Sequence record: CP053388.1
Reading direction: 5' to 3' (one strand)
DNA from: Escherichia phage CMS-2020a
Length of the DNA stretch: 64,000 bases
The translations under genes and the position numbers were made by a program. Shown one piece after another: positions 57,673-64,000 of this stretch. Position 1 is the stretch's first letter. Every line of letters starts with the position of its first letter. The notes under the pieces were generated by a model. It saw nothing but the letters and a program-made list of their open reading frames with translations. It made no database searches and had not been told where the DNA came from.

Positions 57673-57961
57673 TGGTTTCAGCCTCTTTCTTTGAAAATTT
57701 TCCATTCGAACTGTCCTTGTTGTTTTTCTCCTTCACTAAAGGCCGTGCATTTTTCGCTTCGCGTGAAGAACCAGAGGCAACAATCGCCCCCACGTTCGCA
57801 ACAACTGACGCTTGATTATCTAAACGTTCATTCAGCAACCGAACGGTAGTCTCTAGTTCTTCAAGGCGTGACATAACACGACCGCTAAATAATTCGGCCA
57901 AAATTTGACGTAAAGAACGAGGGCGTTTAGTTACAGAAGTGAAATAGGTTTGACGTGCCAT
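57467..57961 (-). CDS. hypothetical protein (3' half doubtful)
   Basis: N-terminal 100 aa look protein-like, C-terminal part low-complexity. Confidence 0.35.
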   Translation of the reverse strand: MARQTYFTSVTKRPRSLRQILAELFSGRVMSRLEELETTVRLLNERLDNQASVVANVGAIVASGSSREAKNARPLVKEKNNKDSSNGKFSKKEAETNGLRSHYSFTGDGSRSSRSEPFDAGFIHHHTFVDDNYHHSSRASCHSGWDDGGCDTSSSSSYSGSCCD

Positions 57962-58089
57962 GTGGACTCCATCCAGTGTCAGAAAGAGTTGCGGCTGGCG
58001 ATTGCCAGCCGCCTTTCTCGTTCCATCCTGGAACTGTGTCTTACCGACACATTGTCATCCTGACGCCGATAAGATACATGATTTAAAAT

Positions 58090-58110
58090 GATAGGTAAAC
58101 ACTTACTTAC
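58090..58110. promoter_or_regulatory. motif B palindrome
   Basis: gataggtaaacacttacttac at RNase H stop. Confidence 0.5.
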
Positions 58111-58700
58111 TATTTATTATAAACAAAACCAATATCTTTCTTGTGAGGCATATCTGCTGCTGAAAAAGCTGCGATCTTCGCGAGTCGATCACATATTTCA
58201 TTTTCACGATGCCCGGCGTGACCTTTAACCCACTTCCAGCGAACATTATGTCGACTTGCGGCCTCATCCAGACGCTTCCACAGATCAACATTCTTTACCG
58301 GTTTTTTGTCAGAAGTCATCCATCCATTGCGTTTCCACCATTTCATCCACTGTGTCATGCCGTTTTTCAGATACTGGCTATCAGAGTGCAAAATAACGTT
58401 GCATGGATATTTCAAACGCTCCAGCCCGATAAGTGCCCCCATCATCTCCATGCGGTTATTGGTGGTGCTATGAAAACCATCTGAGAACTCGCGTTCCTCT
58501 CCACGATACTGAAGAACGATACCGTAACCGCCCGGGCCACCCGGATTTTTAAGGCAAGAGCCATCACTGAAGATTTTCACGGTTTTAAGCTGGGGATTGA
58601 ACTCTACGACAGGCGTTGTGGGATTGGTGCGGGGAGAATTTTTGTTTTTGGCTTTTTTGCGAGTTTTCGCTTGCGATCGGGCTGGTGTCTTCGTCGTCAT
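58110..58700 (-). CDS. ribonuclease HI
   Basis: [41 protein letters not shown] motifs; start MTTKTPARS with AGGAG RBS. Confidence 0.85.
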   Translation of the reverse strand: MTTKTPARSQAKTRKKAKNKNSPRTNPTTPVVEFNPQLKTVKIFSDGSCLKNPGGPGGYGIVLQYRGEEREFSDGFHSTTNNRMEMMGALIGLERLKYPCNVILHSDSQYLKNGMTQWMKWWKRNGWMTSDKKPVKNVDLWKRLDEAASRHNVRWKWVKGHAGHRENEICDRLAKIAAFSAADMPHKKDIGFVYNK

Positions 58701-59283
58701 ATAAACTCCTGAATCAAGCGCCGCGCCGATTTTTCCTCGCGCGTGCGCACACGCGTGCGTGTTAATAATTATTAAAATAAACAAATTACTTCCCAGAACA
58801 GGTTTTTATAAACCTGAACTGAACGAACGAAGTGAGTGAAGTTCACCTCGAACGAAGTGAGAGGTTGTCTTTTCAGGTAATACTCTCCCAGGGAGGTGAG
58901 TATAAAAATCTCTCACCAACCTGGTCGTTTCATAACCTGAAAAGTTATGGTCTAAGTCTACTGCCAGCTTAGACTTGGGAAGTTATGGATGACAGCACCC
59001 CAGAACCGAGATCTTCCCACACTTTATGAAGGGGAGTACTGGATTCAACCTCTCGAAACACCCCAGACTCGACAATCATAAAGTGACCCTTGTCTCTGCT
59101 CACTTTGGTTCCCCCTTCCCCGACACCTAAACGGCACCAGTTCTACGCTGGTAGTGAGCTTTTTTTAAACCTGACGCCAGTGACGCTTACCCCCACCCAT
59201 CAGGTCGAGTCTCCAGTCTACGACTGGAAACTATCAGATCTTAGCACTTACAATTCACTTTATGAATAGTTTGTACTTATCTA

Positions 59284-59538
59284 TCATTGTGATTGATTAT
59301 TTTCTCTACCATGTAGTTGAACATTCAAGGCAAACACCTCATTGATCAACTCACCTAAAAGCTGTTCAACAAGTTCGCGATGCTCGCCAAGATGCAAGCA
59401 CTTAATTGCCCATTCGTACAAGTTGAAAGCCTGCTCACGATCTTTCATCATTTCACGAGCCTGGGCCAGAAAATCGCTCTCTACGAGCGCAACGACATTA
59501 GTCGGGTATGACATGTTGGTTTCCTTAAAGTGGTTCAT
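59284..59538 (-). CDS. hypothetical protein
   Basis: 84-aa ORF. Confidence 0.45.
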   Translation of the reverse strand: MNHFKETNMSYPTNVVALVESDFLAQAREMMKDREQAFNLYEWAIKCLHLGEHRELVEQLLGELINEVFALNVQLHGRENNQSQ

Positions 59539-59620
59539 AAAATCGATTTTAAAGCGTCTGGGAAGGGGTTCTAGTGGATTCTGTAGTGATGTTCAGGTCT
59601 GGAGTCTCTGATACAAAGCT

Positions 59621-59677
59621 GCCTGCTTCCGTATATTAATAATTAATATGTAGTTATTTATATATACAGAAGCAGGC
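59621..59677. repeat. 55-bp near-palindrome, copy 2
   Basis: gcctgcttccgtatat ... atatacagaagcaggc. Confidence 0.8.
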
Positions 59678-59699
59678 TAATTACAGACGCCAGAACAAA

Positions 59700-60293
59700 C
59701 TAAGCAGCCTTCTTTGATGGTCTTTTTTTCCTGATCACATTCGCAGGATCATACCCTCCCAGACTTTTCATGACGTCCAAAGGGATCTTGCTTATAGAGT
59801 GCCCAGCGTCCTGACAGAATCCTCGAAAAACAACGAGCATACTGCCACCTGGGTTGATGTTTACTTCTACCTGACCCAGATTTACGTCAGGCTCGACAAA
59901 CGCTACGCGGCCACCAGACAGAATAATCGTCTCATTCGCACACTCTGTTGCACGCTCATACCACTTTGTATCTAGGGATTGAGGAATTAGCATCACTGTT
60001 GTAACTCCACGAGCCTGCTCACGTATAGCCGCATCAATCCAGGGGGAGATTTTGGAGTAGGGTGGATTGAGGAAGGCAATTGTACCTGGCTGTCCCCATT
60101 CAGATTTCAAAGCATCACGCTCAACGCCTATGAAATTAGGCAGCTTTGCATTGTCCTTGTTGCAGGCAACGTCAACATCAAATGTCACTCCAAGATAACG
60201 TTGAATGGCAGAAAACAGCCAGTCAGGTGTTCTCCAGAGGTCACGAAGAGAGTTGTCGCGCTTTCGCTGTTTGATTTTTTCGGCTGCAATCAT
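59700..60293 (-). CDS. phage-type DNA N6-adenine methyltransferase (Dam family)
   Basis: WRTPDWLF, DVDVAC, FLNPPY motifs. Confidence 0.7.
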   Translation of the reverse strand: MIAAEKIKQRKRDNSLRDLWRTPDWLFSAIQRYLGVTFDVDVACNKDNAKLPNFIGVERDALKSEWGQPGTIAFLNPPYSKISPWIDAAIREQARGVTTVMLIPQSLDTKWYERATECANETIILSGGRVAFVEPDVNLGQVEVNINPGGSMLVVFRGFCQDAGHSISKIPLDVMKSLGGYDPANVIRKKRPSKKAA

Positions 60294-60303
60294 CTTCTTT
60301 CTC

Positions 60304-60324
60304 GATAGGTAAGTATATACCTAT
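60304..60324. promoter_or_regulatory. motif B palindrome
   Basis: gataggtaagtatatacctat. Confidence 0.5.
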
Positions 60325-60351
60325 TTTTGCATTTGATTTTATGTCTGGCAA

Positions 60352-60403
60352 TCAAATAAAACGCGCCAGAAATGCAAACGAGAAGCTCTCTGGCGCGTTT
60401 TTG
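60352..60403 (-). terminator. hairpin terminator
   Basis: acgcgccaga..tctggcgcgt with T-rich flank on minus strand. Confidence 0.5.
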
Positions 60404-60476
60404 TGGTGCTGGGTATGTGATTGGCTTACCCAGTACTATAAAGCTCTCTATGGGCTTTATTTTAAGTAGGGGAACG

Positions 60477-61286
60477 TCATCCAATAGTGTACTCCGCGAC
60501 AAACTTCTTAACGATCGGTGATTCTTCGTTCAATGTTAGATTTCCACCGTCTCTAACGGCAATTCCTGTCGCTGGAAATACAGCCATCATTTGCCCAGCC
60601 TGAGTTGACGCAGTATTAAGCGGATACGGTTTTTCTGGATTGCTCATTAAAGCAATCTTAATACTATTACTTGTAGCCTTCTTTTCTGTGAGAAGGTGTC
60701 TCATGGAAATTACCGTGTAAACACTAATATCTGGACCTCCGCTAAACCAATTAAGAAGGTTTAATATCTTATCCTTTGCTTTGACAGGCGCGTTATCGTA
60801 AGCGTCTAAGAAAATATCTTTTTCTAAGCCCGCTTTATTGAAAAACGAATCATCTTTATCACTTAAAGTAAAACGAGGACCTCTTGCAGTACGCGCTTTT
60901 TTATTTGTATTGCTATCATTTGACTGTTGAACTTTTAATTCATCATTAACCTCAACACACTCTTCAACCTCAATAAATCCCAATTGTTCTGGCTCGTTTT
61001 CGGCAGCTTCAACACTTTCAGCGTTAATTACGTTTATAGGCTCATGCGCTAACTCCAACTCATTTAAAGCAGAGCTGAAATCACCTGCTTTTTCTTCATT
61101 GAACAGTTCTTCGGCAACATCATCAGAACTCATGGCTACGCCAGCATCTAGGCCGAGCAGCAGATCGTCAATATCATCAGTATTTTCAACCTGTGCAGCT
61201 TTTTTTACTGGTTCATCAAGTGATTGCAACATGGCTGTCAGCTCGTCCAGATCAGCATTTGTCATTACATTTTCAACCGAACTCAT
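60477..61286 (-). CDS. hypothetical acidic protein
   Basis: 269-aa ORF. Confidence 0.45.
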   Translation of the reverse strand: MSSVENVMTNADLDELTAMLQSLDEPVKKAAQVENTDDIDDLLLGLDAGVAMSSDDVAEELFNEEKAGDFSSALNELELAHEPINVINAESVEAAENEPEQLGFIEVEECVEVNDELKVQQSNDSNTNKKARTARGPRFTLSDKDDSFFNKAGLEKDIFLDAYDNAPVKAKDKILNLLNWFSGGPDISVYTVISMRHLLTEKKATSNSIKIALMSNPEKPYPLNTASTQAGQMMAVFPATGIAVRDGGNLTLNEESPIVKKFVAEYTIG

Positions 61287-61444
61287 GTAAGTCTCCTTCT
61301 GTTTGGTTACATTTGCGTTTCGATGGCTGCATTTTGACTAAACCTATCAGGCGGAAAAGTATTAAATACAGGCAGGAAATGATTGAAAGGCGACTGTTCT
61401 TTAAAAAAAAGCCTACTTTAAACTTTTTAAAGTAGGCTTTTGTT

Positions 61445-62002
61445 TTACACAATTTCAGAGGGTAATTTAAAAAATCCGTACTTATTACGTGCCTTAAAGA
61501 AGCATTGCATCATTAAGTTTGTGTCATATAAGGCACTATGTGCTTTGGCATGATCGTATATAAAGCCAAGAGAGAAGGCCAACTCTTCAAGGCGGGGACG
61601 TTTACCGTCTTCTGTGGCCCACAATCCCGATAACATAGTATCTATAACAGGAACTTCTGGCAGTCTTACTCCATACCCTGAAAACTCGTGTCGAATAAAT
61701 GGTATATCAAATGCTTCGCCGTTATGAGCAACCCACACACTACATGCCCCCATATAAGCGCCAATTTCGCTGGCATGATTTGACAACAAAGGTTCAGCTG
61801 CGAGCTGTTCCAATGAAATGCCATGAACGGCTTGAGCTTTCGGATCTATGTTTCTGCGAGGGTTAAAACGCATCTCCAGACTATCAATATGTCTCTGTGT
61901 CTCCAGTTCATAGCGGGTAATTGCGATTTCAATAATTTTATGACCAGCAAGGAAATCCAGTCCCGTAGACTCGATATCGATGCCTGCAACAATCGTTGTC
62001 AT
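61445..62002 (-). CDS. DEDDh 3'-5' exonuclease (DnaQ-like)
   Basis: Exo I DIESTG, Exo II HNGEAFDIPF, Exo III HSALYDT. Confidence 0.75.
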   Translation of the reverse strand: MTTIVAGIDIESTGLDFLAGHKIIEIAITRYELETQRHIDSLEMRFNPRRNIDPKAQAVHGISLEQLAAEPLLSNHASEIGAYMGACSVWVAHNGEAFDIPFIRHEFSGYGVRLPEVPVIDTMLSGLWATEDGKRPRLEELAFSLGFIYDHAKAHSALYDTNLMMQCFFKARNKYGFFKLPSEIV

Positions 62003-62011
62003 CAGAACTCC

Positions 62012-62431
62012 TTACAACTTCTTAGCGCCCTTAAGTAGTGCGCTACGTACAAATTGAGCCGCTTTTTTCAAAGTTTCTTCACTGGTTTCACAGACAATCG
62101 GATCTTTCCACTTACCTGACACAGTGTTGAGAATATTGATTTGGTTGCTATCCAGACAAACAGAGATATAAAGCACCGTGCCACCAGCCAGCATCAAATG
62201 CATAGGAAACAGAGGCTTTTTACTGCCTTCACTGAACTGAGACATGGCGATGTTAATGGCTTCACCCACTTGTGTACCAACAAGCCCCTGCGCAGTTTCG
62301 AATATGGCACGAATAGCCAGACGAGCCTCTCGATCGCTCATAAGCGACCGGGAATGTTCGTCCGCTACACGAATCAAAGCCTCTGTTGTTTTCCGATCCA
62401 GTTCATCTTCAAGCAACATTTCACTAAACAT
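62012..62431 (-). CDS. hypothetical protein
   Basis: 139-aa ORF. Confidence 0.45.
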   Translation of the reverse strand: MFSEMLLEDELDRKTTEALIRVADEHSRSLMSDREARLAIRAIFETAQGLVGTQVGEAINIAMSQFSEGSKKPLFPMHLMLAGGTVLYISVCLDSNQINILNTVSGKWKDPIVCETSEETLKKAAQFVRSALLKGAKKL

Positions 62432-62492
62432 TTTTTATCCTTAACCCATTTTGAGAGTTTTATTGTCGCAATGTCGAAGAGGCGAACAATTT

Positions 62493-63137
62493 CTAATGAA
62501 CGGTCACTCGGCCACAGAACCGGTTTTCTATCTTTTCTACAGCGTTATCTAGCATTCTCATCACTGATCTGGCTCTTGCTTCAACCGTGCGATATCGGTT
62601 GGAAACGACGAAGGTTTGCAGATCTCCCCTTTGCGGATGCAGGTGAATTTTTGTCAGTTCCCCGCACATCAACGCATCAATACGAGCGACATACAGACGG
62701 TCTAATGATGCTCGTTGTGATCGCAAGTAATCTCGCTCTGAGAGAGCGACTCCCGGGCGTAAGCCAGCAATGGCGTTAAAGTTTGAAATAGCAGTTTTGT
62801 GGCAAAACTTTTCGATATCGAGGGCTAACTCAATACACCGATCTTCATTTGTATGGCCGACCAAATCCAACGTGTAGGCCATAACATCAGCAGGTGTGCG
62901 ATCGATAACAAAGCCTTCAACACCACGCGTAAGTAGCTCTATATGCTTTGCTATTTCCATTTGAATCTGAAGCCGCTCATATAGAGGCATAGAATCACCT
63001 ACTCGAACACCGAGGCGGCTCATCAAACTTCCGACACCAGCATCCACGTAAGGGATTCCGTAATGTTTGTCGATATATTTAGCCAGGGTTGTTTTCCCAC
63101 TGCCCTGAGCACCAGTGATCCCAATCCGGTAATCCAT
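62493..63137 (-). CDS. P-loop NTPase (putative nucleotide kinase)
   Basis: Walker A GAQGSGKTT near N-terminus. Confidence 0.55.
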   Translation of the reverse strand: MDYRIGITGAQGSGKTTLAKYIDKHYGIPYVDAGVGSLMSRLGVRVGDSMPLYERLQIQMEIAKHIELLTRGVEGFVIDRTPADVMAYTLDLVGHTNEDRCIELALDIEKFCHKTAISNFNAIAGLRPGVALSERDYLRSQRASLDRLYVARIDALMCGELTKIHLHPQRGDLQTFVVSNRYRTVEARARSVMRMLDNAVEKIENRFCGRVTVH

Positions 63138-63613
63138 TACGACCTTCTGTATACGATCTGCGAAAAGCCAGGCTCTTCCTCGCTGGCTCGTTGGGTATAA
63201 GCTGTTTCAACAGGCACAAAGCCTAAATTACGCATCATGCTTGCCGGGAAGAATGCATCGGCGTTTGGCACATCAACGCCGATGTGGGAGAGCCAAATCT
63301 CTTCAACATGCGGCATGAATAGCGAGTAAATTTGTTCCCCGCCAATCACCCACACAGGCTCTGGTAATCGCAACACATCATCCACACCAGCAGGGTAGAA
63401 TCCATTTGGTACAAAGCCATGAGAGCGCGTCAAAACGAGGTTATGACGCTCTGGAAGAGGGCGTTTGAGACTTTCCATCGTTTTACGCCCCATAACGACA
63501 GTGGCGTTTTTGGTGAGTCTCTTAAATAGCTTCAGATCGGTAGAACAACGCCAGGGCAGTTCGTTCGCTATGCCGATCTCATAGTTACGGCCAACAGCAG
63601 CTATCATCTTCAT
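63137..63613 (-). CDS. dihydrofolate reductase
   Basis: MIAAV..N..G..N.LPW, VVMGRKT, VIGGEQIY pattern typical of DHFR. Confidence 0.8.
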   Translation of the reverse strand: MKMIAAVGRNYEIGIANELPWRCSTDLKLFKRLTKNATVVMGRKTMESLKRPLPERHNLVLTRSHGFVPNGFYPAGVDDVLRLPEPVWVIGGEQIYSLFMPHVEEIWLSHIGVDVPNADAFFPASMMRNLGFVPVETAYTQRASEEEPGFSQIVYRRS

Positions 63614-64000
63614 TTGCTCACCTCATAGATGACCGGTCTATGATGAGAGTCAGCTAAAGCGGCACGGAGTCGAGGATCGTGCACCAGCGCAGCGATAAGC
63701 AGATCGCCTTTATGCTCCGCTAATGTGCGCTTAATATGCTTCTCATAACTGGTGCCATTCGGTACTAGATGAAGCCAGTCATAATCAACACCAAAATCTT
63801 TCAGCCATCGTTTAGTGGGCGCTTCAAGAGTTTCAGAGCGGCTACTGATAAGCACCACTTCAGCCCCTGAGCGAGCAAAACCACGCAACATACGGCTGGT
63901 GGGGAAAATGAGTTCATCACCGGCAATGAATTGGCCTGCATCCGAGTCAGATACAGATTTACGATGGCTGGTATTTGCCAGCACACCTTCAATTTCGCAT
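63610..64000 (-). CDS. hypothetical protein, 5' end beyond window
   Basis: ORF runs to the window edge; overlaps DHFR start. Confidence 0.35.
   Translation of the reverse strand, partial: CEIEGVLANTSHRKSVSDSDAGQFIAGDELIFPTSRMLRGFARSGAEVVLISSRSETLEAPTKRWLKDFGVDYDWLHLVPNGTSYEKHIKRTLAEHKGDLLIAALVHDPRLRAALADSHHRPVIYEVSK

Larger units (their letters stand above)
47076..64000. mobile_element. phage-derived element, part 2 (early and nucleotide-metabolism genes); continues past window end
   Basis: Dense minus-strand small genes (DUF551, RNase H, Dam-type MTase, exonuclease, DHFR); same motif A/B repeats as part 1. Confidence 0.8.

Noticed and set aside
58701-58784. N-terminal extension ([28 protein letters not shown]) of the RNase H ORF
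   Set aside because: An internal ATG at 58700 has an AGGAG RBS; the upstream codons lie in an alternating purine-pyrimidine non-coding tract.
60290-60502. 70-aa ORF between the Dam-type MTase and the acidic protein gene
   Set aside because: It spans a motif B palindrome and a terminator hairpin and overlaps the adjacent gene end; likely non-coding intergenic sequence.
1-64000. Integrase, att sites and tRNA genes that would define a prophage boundary
   Set aside because: No tyrosine or serine recombinase motifs, no tRNA-like sequences and no obvious direct repeats at the metG/apbC junctions were found by eye, so no boundary is annotated; a tRNAscan or att search is needed to be sure.

Overview
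This 64-kb window is almost entirely one large tailed-phage-derived element (siphovirus-like, with lambda-type M/L/K/I/J tail-tip genes), interrupted at 43.7-47.1 kb by the enterobacterial housekeeping pair metG/apbC. Layout: (1) 0.1-29.4 kb, minus-strand late module: terS, terL, portal, scaffold, capsid, Ig-like decoration, neck, major tail, G/GT chaperones, tape measure, M-L-K-I, a J-like tip protein with a long coiled-coil repeat insert, a 1576-aa mosaic tail fibre with a C-terminal chaperone domain, a Gly-rich protein and membrane/lysis candidates. (2) 29.6-33.0 kb: wHTH, GNAT-like, ABC-type ATPase and two ParB-like genes. (3) 33.1-37.7 kb, plus strand: SF2 helicase, lipoprotein, secreted proteins and a 3-gene cassette with its own promoter. 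(4) 38.3-43.6 kb and 47.1-64 kb: early-type small genes on the minus strand, including DUF551, ClpX-type zinc finger, TerB-like, two N6-adenine methyltransferases, RNase H, DEDDh exonuclease, P-loop kinase, DHFR and a LexA-box-controlled UmuD'-like gene. Recurrent regulatory elements: palindrome AAACAAnTTGTTTTC just upstream of early-gene RBSs, palindrome TAGGTAAGTA..TACTTACCTA in intercistronic gaps, two copies of a 55-bp near-palindrome, and a ~22-bp-period iteron-like array inside a 1.4-kb ORF-free GT-skewed region. No integrase, att site, tRNA, rRNA or CRISPR array was recognised. All functional calls rest on motif-level reading of the six-frame translations and the DNA; no database search was run, and coordinates of repeats and motifs are approximate to a few bp.
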